The notes beneath the pieces were generated by a model. The model worked only from the letters and a program-made list of their open reading frames with translations, was not told the DNA's origin and did no database searches. Below are positions 35,669 to 49,029 of a stretch of DNA of 64,000 nucleotides, piece by piece. The DNA comes from Eledone cirrhosa (Eukaryota): contig OZ024740.1 in NCBI GenBank assembly GCA_964016885.1, forward strand, positions 298,530,001-298,594,000, given 5' to 3'. The position numbers and the translations under genes are program-made. Each line of letters opens with the position of its first letter. Positions within the stretch are counted from its first letter, which is position 1.

Positions 35669-35671
<3 letters not shown>

Positions 35672-37320
35672 TCATCATCATCGTTTAACATCCATCTTCC
35701 ACGCTTGGACGGAGGTTTTCCCACTTGAGGCAAGATTGGTTGTCCTGCTCGTATAGGACTGTCTGGTGGGTTTTCTACGGCTGCATGCCCTTCCTAAGAC
35801 CAATCACATTTACAGTGTGGACTGGGAGGTTTTTACTGTGTTACCTACACGGCCACATTACACCGTGGACTGTGTGTTTTTTTGTGGTGACACCTACACA
35901 ACCTCATTTGTTTCGGACTCGATGTTGTGGTACCAACATAACTTCACATTTAAGGGGGTGGTGTGGATGGGGTGGGGGTAGTGGGACGGGGGTGTATTTT
36001 GTTAGAGGTGCCTACTGACTGTAGTTTCGCTTTGTACTTAGGCAAGGTGGGTCTTCTGTATGACTGTGTAGTGCCAAAGATCTCGGTCCAGTGACATTGT
36101 CTTGGAGAGGTGTAAGTGTGTGAGGTCAGAATTTATCAAGTCGTCTCAGGTTTTTCTGGGTCTGCCTACTCCGTAGCTACCGTCTATTTTTATCGCCCTG
36201 CACTTTTTTATACAGCTGTCGTCTTTCATGCGTATCATGTGACCGTACCAACGTAGTCTTCTCTCGAGTAAACAACATCTGATCCCTCTTATTCCTAATT
36301 TTTCCCTTAGTTCGTTTATGCTTTGCCATTCACGTATATTACTATTACACATCCAGCGGAGCATGCAAGCTTCATTTCTCTCCAGTCTGCGTATATCCTC
36401 TGCACACAATGCCCAGGTCTCACTGCCATGTAACATTGCTGTTCGTATGCAGGCATCATGCAGCCTGCCTTTCATTTTTAGAGAGAACCCTTTAGCGGCC
36501 AATAGTGGTATAAGCTCTCTGAACTTTTTCCATCCCGTTCTGACTCTAGCTACTGTACTTTCAGAGCACCCTCCACCACTGCTGATTTTGTCACCCAGGT
36601 AACGGAAGGTGTCCACTATTTCTATAGAACCATCTGTGCAATGGAAAGAGCTAGTATTCTGTAGGCACTTGCTGCTACTTATTGCACCAGAGCACCGGCC
36701 ACATGTAAAATCTATATTCTTAGTTAGCTTACCTGTGATCCCACTACATCTTTTATGCACCCATACTTTGCATTTGGGACATAAAATGGAGTTTCTACCT
36801 ACTCCTTTCCTACACACTGAGCATGGCCATTTCCCAGATGGGACCGGTGCCCTATTTTCCTTCCTACAAACTAGAACTTTAGTTTTAGACAAGTTAACTT
36901 TAAGGCCTTTTGATTCTAGGCCATGCTTCCATGTTTGGAATTTCTTCTCTAGTTCAGCCATTGATTCAACTATGAGCGTTAGATCATCTGCATATAGGAG
37001 TTCCCATGGGCAGCCGGTCTTGAACTCCTCTGTTATAGCCTGAAGGGTAATAATAAATAGTAGGGGGCTAAGAACGGAGCCCTGATTAACACCACTTTTA
37101 CGCTAAACTCTTCACTATATTCGTTGTTAATTCTAACCTTGCTGACTGTTTCTTTATACATGGCTTGTATAGCTCTCACAAGCCATTCATCAACACTTAG
37201 TTTTCTAAGCGCCCACCAGATAATGGAGCGGGGGACTCTGTCAAAGGCTTTCTCCAAGTCAACAAAAGCTAAGTATAGGGGTTTACTTTTAGCTAGGTAC
37301 TTCTCCTGTAGTTGTCGTAC
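35669..37320 (-). mobile_element. RTE-clade LINE, 5'-truncated, near-identical to 7419-8823
   Basis: ORFs 36146-36961 and 37033-37368 (FVDLEKAFD, YADDL, PHD finger, RWYGH); same 3' UTR; inserted in (TA)n. Confidence 0.93.
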
Positions 37321-37356
37321 AATATATATATATATATATATTGATTGATTGATAGA

Positions 37357-37710
37357 ATGGAGGCACATGGCTTACTGGTTAGAGCATTGGCCTTGCAATC
37401 GAAAGGTTGTGAGTTCAATTCTCAGACCGCGTGATGTGTTGTTTCCTTGAGCAAGACACTTTATTTCACATTGCTCCAGTTCACTCAGCTGTAGAAATGA
37501 GATGATAGGGACTGGGGTCCCTATCATTCCCCTGTAAAGTGGACGTGTAGGTGCCACGGCAAAAAAAGCACCCAGCACTCACTGTAAATGAGGTTGGTGT
37601 TAGGAAGGGCATCTAGCTGTAGAAATCAAGCCAGAATCAGTTCCCATCCCACCCTTGCAAGCAGGGAAAAAGCGGACATAAAATGAAATGATGATGATGA
37701 TGATGATGAT
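37357..37710 (+). mobile_element. SINE family A copy
   Basis: tRNA-like head with A and B boxes, RTE-type tail and (GAT)n. Confidence 0.85.
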
Positions 37711-37764
37711 ATATATGTGTATATATATATATAGGGCAAGCGGACATTAAAATGACAATGATGA

Positions 37765-37811
<47 letters not shown>

Positions 37812-38700
37812 ATTAATTGATAGATAGACAGATTGGTAGTGGTAGTTAAATATTGATTTTGTATTTTTACACAAATCTACAAATCTATAGGGAAGGAGGA
37901 ACATAGTTGTTTGAATTGACCCCAACACATGCCTGGTGGTTACTTTATGTTTACTGGATTGTGGAAAGAAATTTGCTTGGAAATGTTAACGGTGAGAAGT
38001 TTCTGAATGTGAAGAATATGTAAGAGTGAGAAAGAAAGGGATTACCCCAAGTAGCTCTAACATAGGAACCAGCTGTATGATTGAAAGCATTTTAACTCTT
38101 TTGATACCAAACCACCTGAAATCATTCAGGATTTATTATACAAAGCAGCTAATTTTAAAATATTTATCCTTATATTGAACTGTTCCATTATAATTTTATT
38201 TAAGAAGTTTTAAAGTAATGTTCTAAATATCAGCTTACTAATGAAAATATTATTTTATCAAATTCTTCCAAATATATATTTGATTATTTTCAAAATTGAT
38301 TGAAATACATAATCAGCATATTTCATTAGAAATATAGTAACGAAAGAAAAGCAGCTGAATCAACAGAGATAGTGACTGAGATACTGAAATGTTCTGTTAA
38401 AGCAAGGCATATACAAATCACTTTTATAGTCAATCAGGACATACTCAATGATTGGCAAAGCAGTCTCATCAACTATCAGAAAGGTGAAGTAGAAGCAACT
38501 AGAGAGGCATCAAACAGTTGGGTGTCCTAGGGTCTGAGCCCATCCCCCCTTCCGTCTCCCCATTCATCTGGGACACTAGAGCCCCTGCCTTTCCTTTCCG
38601 TTTTCGTTTTTATATTTTCTTATTTTACATTCAGTTCTTTCTTCTCAATCTATTTTTTCTTTTTCTATTAAATTGTTTTTACTATTATAAACATCAATTA

Positions 38701-38893
38701 GGGCGGTGGATTGGCAGTATCGGTAGAGGGTCAGACGCCATACTTTGATGCATAGAGTTACGGGCCTTTCCATTCTGAGTTCAAATCCCGCCGAGGTCAA
38801 CTTTGCCTTTCATCCTTACGGGGTCGATAAAATAATGTACCAGTAATGTACTGGGTAATTGCTGGCTTTGTGCCAAAAGTAGAAACAACTATT
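38701..38893 (+). mobile_element. SINE family B copy
   Basis: Flanked by the direct repeat actattataaacatcaatt; other copies at 40004-40185 (-), 55210-55340 (+) and 56398-56503 (-). Confidence 0.8.
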
Positions 38894-38959
38894 ATAAACA
38901 TCAATTTACTACTGTAAATAAACTTATATATATTTACTTCAGTTATGATGTGGCAGAAA

Positions 38960-39560
38960 TAGTTATAGCACAACAGATTAGGAAAAGGATAAGCTTAGAT
39001 GAGATGCTGTTCAGGGTTGTATGAAGTGTGATGTTGCACTGAATGTAACATATATGACGAAATCCCAGAGGATGGAAGCTGCAATAAAAGAAGACTGAAG
39101 ACTGAAGAAGACCTTGGTAAAAGTGATGAGAGCTGATCTCAAAATGCTGAGCCTCACAGAGGAGATGACAAAGGAACACAACAAGTGGACGAAGAGTAGT
39201 TGGAAAAGTCTTCTCCAAATCATCATCATTATGTTCGTTTTTCCTCACAGCATCTGCTTTTCAGGACAGCATCTCTCCACTTGCCACATTTCTTCATCAT
39301 CTCTTCTGTGAGTCTCAGCGATTTGAGGTCAGCTCTCACAACCTCTGCCCAGGTCTTTCTCAATCTATCTCTTCTGTGGCTTCTACCCACTGGCATTTGT
39401 TGGCACTTCTACACCCATCGATCATCATTCATGCACATCACAACACAGTCTTCTCTCCTACACACTACCTCGGATTTCTCTTAAACCCAGTTTCTCCCTC
39501 AGTTCACCCAAGCCCTGCCTTTGTCTCATATTTACATTGCACGTCCAATGAAGCATGAAT
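38960..39560. mobile_element. Two tail-to-tail decayed RTE 3' fragments
   Basis: Remnants such as WVKVMRADLKMLSLTEEMTK on + and a similar sequence on -. Confidence 0.5.
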
Positions 39561-42500
39561 GTAAAATGATGATTAAGGATAATGTTTGGTAAACTGTTTT
39601 AAACTGTTGGATTTTTTGGCTCTGGGAAAATTTAAGGGCATATTTCTCACCTTAATTAGTTCAGATAACAGTTAACTTTGATGTATTCTGATTTAACACA
39701 GGGTATGATATAAAACCTGATAAAACTCTTTTGGAGTCATTGTTTTTCTTGTTACATTTGCTGTTGTCACAATTACAGGAAATATTAACATAAAACAAGA
39801 GGAGCCTAACAATAGAGAAAGGTTGTTGCTACTATCAATACTCCTCATGTTTAATTGTCTGCCACTCTATACCACCATTGGCATCAGCGTCCAAATTAGT
39901 CATTTAGAATGAAGCAGAAATAAATAAGATGAAATAAAATAAAACATAAAATATAGAGAGAAACTAAAAGATAAAGAAAATGTTAAATAAGCATTAGAAA
40001 TATATAATTGTTTCTACATTTGGCACAAGGCCAGCAATTACCCAGTGCATTACTGGTACTTTATTTTATCGACCCCGTAAGGATGAAAGGCAAAGTTAAC
40101 CTTGATGGGATTTGAACTCAGACCGTAAAGGGACATAACTATGCTGGAAAGCATGGCATCCACCCTCTACCGATACTGCCAATCCTAGAAATATATAATG
40201 AAATGAAATCTTGAAAATCTCGTTGAATTAGTTCAGATAAGAGAACATGAAGCCATGGTAATGTCAGTGAGTTGTGTATTGGCCAACAAAACTACAATGT
40301 CCAGACTGAATCCAAGAAATGAACCCCATTCAAACTAAAATAGGTGGCAGAGTAGACTTAAAAGTCATTTATTAAACAAGTTGACTTGACTGGCAAGTAA
40401 CTAATGAAAACAACTAAAAGGATTTAATAACAACATAAATAACCAGAATAACAAACAACAACACTGAGTTTTTGGCTCAAGTTAGGTGATGATAATTATA
40501 AATTGCTGTTATAAATGAAGAATTATTGGCAGAAAGAGATTCTCCTCACAGAGGAGAAATGGTGATATAGGTGTGTGTGTGTGTGTGTGTGTGTTTGTTT
40601 GTTTGTTTGTTAAGGAAAGAGAGAAAGAAACAGCAACTAAACAAGGGCTGAAGATTTGGGTGGAAATGTTGTTCAAAGGATTGACAGTAAGAACATATAT
40701 ATAAATATATATTAAAAAACAATAATAGACCAGACAATGTGTTATGTTAGAATACGTTTCTATGAAAAGTTAATTTCCCTAAGGAAATTAGATTGAAGTA
40801 ATAAGTTTAGGGGCAGCTTACTGACAAGGTTGGCAACCATCCCTGATTCCATTAAACATTACGCTACAATTATTTTTGCAATCCAATCAACGTTTTGTTC
40901 AATATGGAGATTTTCCAAAGAGGTATTTCATCATTGTGAAATAAAATGATGTAGGATAAGGGAAGGAGAAGAAATACAGTAGTATAAAGACAAACAACAA
41001 TTGACCATGTGATTAAAAGATGCTCTTTTTCCAAAACAAACAATTGGAATATTATTTTGTAGATTCAATGTTAAAAACTTTGATAAAGCAATTTTGAAAA
41101 GATGGAAGGATTTAAAGCTTGCTTGTTAGTTTGACATGTTATGAAATTAATTCTGCTTGTGCTACACTTCATTCCAAAAAGCATACACACTACATGCAAG
41201 CTTTTAAAAGTCTGCTTGTTAAGAGAAGTGCATAAAGAAAACAAGAGGCAGGAATTTCACAGGTGATTACAAATAGTGTTTACAAATAGGAAATTTAGAT
41301 GTAAAATAATTTAGAAATGTGAAAACTTGCCTGGAAGCAGTGCATGTTTATAAGTGGCTATAATTTAGAAGTCAAACAAACAACTTGGAACATAAAAAAT
41401 TTATAGTAGACTGGATGAATATAAATAGAATTACTCCTGGAAGCACAATAGATTAAAACGGAATATATAGCATCACCAAAAATATATAATCAGTGTTTCA
41501 ATATAGGGAAAGTCCTCCTTGTTGTCGTCGCCGTTTAACATCTATTTTCCATGCGAGCATGGGGTAAATGAGCTGTCCTGTTCTGAGACAAACCAGGTCA
41601 GATGACCGTATCTTGCTCACACAGAACTGATTTTGGCTTGGATGCCCTTCCTAATGTCAACCATATTTACTGTGTGGATTGTGTGCTTTTTGTCATGACA
41701 CCTACACGACCACTTTACAGTGTGGGCTGGGTGCTTTTTGTCGTAACACCTACACAAACACTTTACAGTGTGAACTGTGTGCTTTTTGTCATGACACCTA
41801 CATAACCACTTTACAGTGTGCGGTGGGGACTTTTTGGTGTGTCTAAAAATTTTGCATTGGCCTGGAATATATAGAATTGACCCGGCACTTCTAAAGTGGA
41901 ACATGAATAATACTGTATTATTTAATGTTTTTATTTTTAGTTGTATAACAGCTGAATGGTTATATACTTAATTTCATGTACTGCTACTGCTTTTGTATTC
42001 TATTTTGAGGAGATACACTTTATTGACCTCGTCACCTAGACAAATACTTCCACTGCAATATTTTGTTATTGTCAAGAAGTACCTCAGGTGTTTACTCCAA
42101 GACATTGAGTCTTTATGGTTCATTGTCTATAGTTGTGATTTATTAAGAAGTGGTTTCTTAGCTATTTTATTTGTTTTATAAATACACTTTTGTATATCTG
42201 CTCTTGTTTCTGCATATCTTCTGACTACAATATTTAGCTTTGATATGTATGTATGAACCTGTAACTTCTGATGGTGTTGTAGGGGTGCCGTAGTTACATA
42301 TGGTGTATCTTGGGCATTTTTCAAACCTGGGAGAGCCCACCTCCTCTCTGGGTCTGAACGTAACTGATTTCTGGAGTGTGGGTGGAGGAGAGAGAGACGC
42401 AGTACTGAGTTGCTACTATTTTATTCAACCTCAAAAGGTTAAAAGGCATAATTTTGATATGATTATTACTTAAATTGATTATAATTCTTATATTTGATTA

Positions 42501-44488
42501 CTGAAACTATAAGTGGAAGTAAATGCTGTTTCTAAAGTACACAGCTCCTTTTGTCATTTCAATTTTTCCAACATCAACACAGAAGGTAAATTGTTTGCTA
42601 TTCTGAATTATTTGCTTCTGGGAATATTTTCATCTCTCCATAAACCTGCTCATACACCCGTTTTAAACTCTTTCTTTTTTCTAAACTTCCCTTTTATCCA
42701 ACATCACCATCTCTGCCAAACCATTGCCTAAATTGTTTAACCATTGTCTAAATCAAAGCAACCTATAAAGCATCTTCAAATCTTATAACGCTCTTCAACT
42801 ATTTCAATTCAGCTAATTGATAAGAGAGAGTTCTGTTAGTTCTGTTTGTATGAGAGCAAATGTATATTTTATGCAAAATATTGTCATCATTATCATTATC
42901 ATTTAACATCCATTTTCCCTTGCTAAAAAGAATTAAATATAAATTCAACTCACATTAAAATGCTGTTCTTATAATTATGAAAATTGTTGCTACATATACT
43001 CAAACATCTAAGTACTTTTGTGTCTCAAATAGCTCCACCTGCTCTTATTCCAACTCCCCCACTTATCAGATTTTGGTAATCTATCTCTGGAAAAATTTTA
43101 TTTTAATTTTCTTTATACATTAAAAAAACATTATACATGGCAAAAAAGTATGTTATAAGAAATCCCATATGTTATAAAATAAATATGATGAGCTGAGGTC
43201 TCATGTCAACCAAGCGACTAATTTTTAAAAAATCAATGGAGACAATCTAGAAAAATTACCGATTTTCCAACCTCCTTACTGTTTATTCCAAGCCCCCGCT
43301 TATTCCAACTCCTCCGCTATTCCCAACCCCCTGCTAATTCCAACCCTTCCTATTATTTGGGACATAAGAGTATGTGTCCCCAAAAAAACCTTTGACTGAT
43401 TGGCAAATTTTACTCTTTCACATCAACACTACGACGACTAGCCACCCAGTATGCTTTTTCGACTATCTGCCTTTTCTGCTTACTTTGAATTCACATTTCA
43501 CTAACTCTACAGGACAATATATATTTCTGTGTTTTGTTTACTTATCAGGCTGGAAATATATCAAACCTGCTTTGCTATCCTCACTGTTTATTTTCAACAT
43601 CACATCCTCACTCTATCCTCGTTGCTATATTCAACATCAAATATCTACTGATTTACATTCGACCTTGTGGTGATTCACAACTATTCTTACTTAACCTTTT
43701 TCCAGTTAAACTGGACTATATCTATACATTTCTATTAGAAGTCTAATTTTCTTCTTTCAAGACACATTATACCTATATACAACAGCATTTAACAACAAAA
43801 TTATACTCACTAGCATCAATAAAGAAACCTCCATAATATCATTCACACAACTAGCAGCCAAATTTTTCTCAAGCCACACTCTACTGTTTTAAAAAATAAG
43901 AAAGGTCACATTAGATACATGATGGTCATGACTGGAATGCTTTTGATCATAGAGGCCTGTTAAATTAGTTCTGACCTGTGGTTAAAAACAAACCCACTTT
44001 GGGGAAGTGTCTTCTACTAGAGCCCCTCTCTCTACACATATATATGAAAATGTAAGCATCCAAAATGCAGAAAATGACTGCAATAACAGTCAGTCACTAT
44101 AAATAATAGTGTCAAAAGTGCTATATATCATCATCATTGTCACCATTTAAAATCTATTTTCCATGCTAGCTTGTGTTTCGTTTTATGGTCAGACAGGTCA
44201 GGAGATTATGTCTTGCTCACATGCTTGATATTCTATAGGTTGATATCATTCCTAATGCCAATCACTTTACAGGTTGGACAGAGTGCTCTCAGACTAGGCA
44301 AGACATGGTGAGAAGGGCACAGGCTATATGCTGATTGCTGGGAGGGGGTTGAGACATCCCAATGTAGGAGAAAGAAGCGTTGGGTTATGGGTATGACCCT
44401 GAAGCAAGTGGGTTGTGTCTGACATTGAGAAATGTGCCTGACTTTCTGTGTTGGGCAAGAAAAAGTGAGTCATGAATGTGAGTGTTAA

Positions 44489-44701
44489 CCCTTTATCATT
44501 TACATTACTCTATATTTATTATTGTATTTTTGCAGTAAAGACTTTATCTCACATAATATTGTATCTACAAGATTTTGATGGTATTTTATTTATTTTGAGA
44601 ACAATACCTTAACATCGGTATGAGTGGCCAGTTATGGCCAGTTTGAACAGAAAGAGGTAAGGAAATTCTGGCTGTATATAGCTGGATTACATGCTAAAGG
44701 G
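44489..44701. mobile_element. piggyBac-derived MITE family C
   Basis: TTAA-CCCTTTATCATTTA...TACATGCTAAAGGG-TTAA. Confidence 0.8.
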
Positions 44702-45599
44702 TTAAAGGAGGCAGGGGCATGATTTGGACACTGAAGTTTTATCGGTGTAAATCCACCCTAGCTTTCCACTGGTATAGGTTGGCCAAGGAAGGGAAGGAGA
44801 AGGGTATGAGTGAGGGGGTTAATGGGGGAATTATGACAGGGACATTCGTTGGATTGTGGTCCATGCTTGGTTTACGAAATTGAGATTGCATTTCAGGGGC
44901 TGATTTAACAGGCGTTATGAGTGCAGGTTTACAGTTTTTTCTGAATGTGTTCTTTATGGGTTAAGGCAATCAAATGTTTTATTTACATACACACACACAC
45001 ACACACACACATGTGCGCGTGCACACACACACACACACACACGTAAATATATATGCATCTCTTTTTTTTTGGCATTCACCATCACAGATGGTGGTATTTG
45101 TTTGTCATCATCATCATCATTCTACATCCATTTTTCCATGCTTGCATAGACAGGTCCTTTCCAGCATTCCTCCACTCATCGCAGTCTTTCAACAACGTGA
45201 CTGTGAGATTCAGTGATTTGAGACGAGCTCTGATGTTTCAAGTAAATGGAAATCCTGCTTCTCAGTAGTTAAATCAATGTCCATACTTTGTTGGCATCAG
45301 GTAGGGCATCGAACTGTAGAAAAGGTTTTATCCAAAAGGTTTTATCCAAATCATGGAAGCATGGAAAAATGAATGTAAAACTGATGTCGATGATGTACTA
45401 TTGCATCACTTCTGTTCCACAAAACTACACTTACTTTATTGTCCAATTCAGTTATGTATTCCAGTTATGTATTCCAAACTCTCTTCATTTTCACAAATTC
45501 ATGTTTCATTAAAAATGCTGATCCAGTTTACATATCAAGTAACCCACAGTTACTAAAAAGAATAAAAAACTCAACAAAAGTTTCTTGTGAGATTTTTAA

Positions 45600-45795
45600 A
45601 CCTTTAGCATTTAAACCAGCCATATCCAGCCAGAATTCTCTCACCTCTTTCTGTTCAAACAGGCTATAACCAGTCACTCAAATGAAATAATATCAACATC
45701 TCATAGATTCAATATTATGTGAGATAATTATGTGAAGTAATGCCTTTACCGTGAAAATATAATAGTATATATAGAGTAATGTAAATGCTAAAAGG
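45600..45795. mobile_element. piggyBac-derived MITE family C, opposite orientation
   Basis: TTAA-ACCTTTAGCATTTAAACCAGCC...TAAATGCTAAAAGG-TTAA; a third copy lies at about 54965-55172. Confidence 0.8.
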
Positions 45796-45819
45796 TTAAA
45801 GGACTCTTAGATACATTTC

Positions 45820-46400
45820 TTTCTTGTGTCACAGATAGACCACCTGGAAAATGTTGTAACCAGAGTCAAACAGCCACTGCCAACTTCCTGTTCCAATAAT
45901 CAGCAATGCTTAGATATAACAATAAAGAACAAACATAAAGAGCCCATTTTTACATGCATCAGATATGCCACACAAAAGACAAGCAGCAGTTAGAAACCTA
46001 GGCAGTTTACCTCCATGTACTTACTTTTACTCGCGGTAGCATTCACCCGGGGTGGGATGAGCTGGCTCCATCAAAGGAATTTACACTGTAAGTTCATTCC
46101 AATGGAGTTTCTTTGGGTGATTGGTTTCACAAGCAGTGCCCAGCCACAAGTATATGCATTTTAGGATAGTTCAATCCAAGCATTGCATCGGTTATAACGC
46201 TGAGCTCTCGCTTTCACACCCAACCAATTTGGTGGAGCCATTACTGTGGCGGGGATTCATGGGAGGAAGTTTGGCTGGCAGAGGTGATAAACACAAGCTA
46301 TTTGAGCCATTTTATAGGCCAGTAGGAGTTCACCTCACTGCCCAGCTCAGGCATACCAACCCTCGGCAGTGTCTAACTATACGTCATATTTTATTGGTAA
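45820..46400 (-). mobile_element. Possible decayed 5' portion of an RTE LINE
   Basis: GC-richer segment followed on the minus strand by weak endonuclease N-terminal remnants; no intact ORF. Confidence 0.3.
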
Positions 46401-47679
46401 ATACTTCCCCATACATCTCTATACTTATTTCAAAAACTTTCTCTCTTCTGTTGGTTATGTCTTGTTAATATAGTAAAAGCAGTACTTTTCTTGGTTGCTT
46501 TGCAATTTTTACTAGGCTGTGTGAAAGTCAGAATATTAATTGATAGTAATGAAACTCATTCATGAGCTTGGTTGGTCTCGCTTGGGGATCCAGCTGGATC
46601 AGTTGGAGATGGTTGCTTCTGATACGATCTGCTGGAACGATTGTTTGAGGACTCTGCTCTCACAACCCTCTCAGGAATAAGTGGGTGAAGAAGAAGTAGA
46701 AGTAATGAAACTGACAGATAAGTAAAGAAATAAAACTGTTTGATTTGTAGGAGTTCACTTCACTGCCCAGCTCAGGCATACCGACCCTTGGCACCATGGC
46801 TTCAACCATGAATGGCTAAAACAAGCTAGTGCCTTTTCCCCCCACAATAATAATAATCTAAAGGTGGTGTTCCAGTATCAAAATGGAATAAAGAAGTCTT
46901 CTTAGCTTTGTAGGTCTATTCTGTTCTTAATCCCTAACCATATACCTGATCCTCTATATGTCATGAGATATTTTTCAGAAGTTGACCTCACTATCAAGGT
47001 CAGAAAATTGAGCACTGAATCTTTTCCCAACAAATAGTAATCGCGTTTGCTGTTTATCATTATGTCATCTTAGTTTAGAATAGTTGTGTGTGCTAAAACT
47101 CCAACATAACAACCAAAACCATTTAATCTTCTGTTTTTAATTAATTTTCTTAAGACAGCCATTTCCAAATTAATTAAGAAAGGAAACATGTCTTTATTCA
47201 CTTGAATTTTGTTTGGTTTGAATGGATTCAGTTGAGAGAAGCAGGGAAAAAATAATAAACAATTTGAATAGAAAAGATTTTCATTGCATGTGTATATGTA
47301 TGTAAAGGAAGGTTCTTCTATGTTTGTCTGGATGTGTGTAGATGTATATATATATATATGTGTATGTATAAATGTGCATATATATATATTTATATGTATA
47401 CATGGGGTTGTATGTTTTTCTGGCAAAGAGAAAGAGAGAGAGAGATTGATGAATAAAAAAAGACCATGGCTATAATATAGTTTTAGTAGTTTTCTATCAA
47501 GTTTGTCTAAATTGCAGATTTTATTTTGTTAAACAGATAAATCTGCAGATTAGTAAAAAAAAGAATAGAAAAGGAACTTTATGGAAAAGTACTAAAACTA
47601 CATTACAGTTGTGGTTTTAATAACACGCCTGACAGAAGACCTGCTTCACATGCATACAAATACATAAGCACGTGAATGT

Positions 47680-47750
47680 GTGTAGGCGTGTTTATGTGTG
47701 TATGTTTATATATCTTTTTATGTGTGTTTGTGTGTGTGTATATATGTGTG

Positions 47751-47800
<50 letters not shown>

Positions 47801-47822
47801 CGTGTATATATATACATGAATA

Positions 47823-47868
<46 letters not shown>

Positions 47869-47961
47869 TGTATATATATATAAATATGTATATATATATA
47901 AATATGTATATATATATACATGTATATATATATACATGTGTATATATATATATGTATATAT

Positions 47962-47999
<38 letters not shown>

Positions 48000-48012
48000 G
48001 AATATATATATA

Positions 48013-48045
<33 letters not shown>
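47680..48045. repeat. Long compound (TA)n microsatellite
   Basis: Directly visible. Confidence 0.95.
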
Positions 48046-48046
<1 letters not shown>

Positions 48047-48767
48047 TAAATTACTGATGCATTTGCAGTGTTTGTATTTGCTGCTGTATATAAACAGGCA
48101 GACGTTTATGACTTCGATGTATCTAATTAATTTTAATTAGGTTGTACGTGCAGTAATAGTTAAAATCTATTGCTTTATCTAGTAGTATACTGTAGCATGA
48201 ACACACAGATATGCTGAACCTCATTTGTTTGGCAAGTGATTTATTCTGAAGTTTTGTGTAAGAACTGAAACAATTACATCATAGTAGATTCGTTGAGCCT
48301 ATAATAAAAATACATATTATGTGTTATAGTCACTTTTACTTTATCATTTTGTAACAATAGTATAGATTGCTAAGTATGAAAACTTTTTCTCCACATACGT
48401 CTGTCAGGAACTGCAGCCAGCAGTTAGTATCAGCAATAGACAAACCAATAGAAATATTGTTTCCTTGGTCTGATCTGATCATCAGCTCCTTTCCTTTCCT
48501 ATTTTCCTATACATCTACAACCTGTTCATTGATACTCTACTTCACTATATCTGTGGCCAGTTTTTATCTATTATAGTCTGTGTAGATGTTTTGGATTAAT
48601 TTTTATTTTATTCTCTTCTTTTTTCTGCTTAGTGTCTTACCACTTAACCACCTGAAACAGCCATTGGTTCTATGATATAAAATTGTTTTAATATATTATA
48701 TATATATATATATATGTATATGGTGACGAAACATAAGTCAATTGCATGAACTCATAATCCTTTATTT

Positions 48768-48823
48768 ACTGCTATATATATTTCGATGATAGCCATTGAA
48801 TGGCTATGACCTCATCAGACAGT
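48768..48823 (-). ncRNA. Minimal type-I hammerhead ribozyme
   Basis: Minus strand: actgt-CTGATGA-ggtc-atagccat/tca/atggctat-catc-GAAA-TATATA-TA-gcagt-aAATAAA. All three stems and the core are intact. Confidence 0.8.
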
Positions 48824-48887
48824 TAGTCAGTTCTTAGATATGCCAGCTCTGTGTTTATGGTGTTGATGGTATCAGAGCCTTGGGACA

Positions 48888-48947
<60 letters not shown>

Positions 48948-48984
48948 GTTAAAACGATCAAATTTTAGTTTAGAACATTTATTA

Positions 48985-49029
48985 GCTGACAATTGTTTCT
49001 ACCAGAGAGAAGTCTGGAATCATCAGAGC
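48985..49029 (-). ncRNA. Minimal type-I hammerhead ribozyme
   Basis: Minus strand: gct-CTGATGA-tt-ccaga/cttctc/tctgg-ta-GAAA-CAATTG-TC-agc-tAATAAA. It has a GUC cleavage triplet and a palindromic stem III. Confidence 0.8.

Noticed and set aside
47672-48140. YI/VC-rich ORFs (also 6786-7180, 8801-9345, 51057-51288 and 59123-59449)
   Set aside because: These are translations of (TA)n/(TG)n microsatellites.
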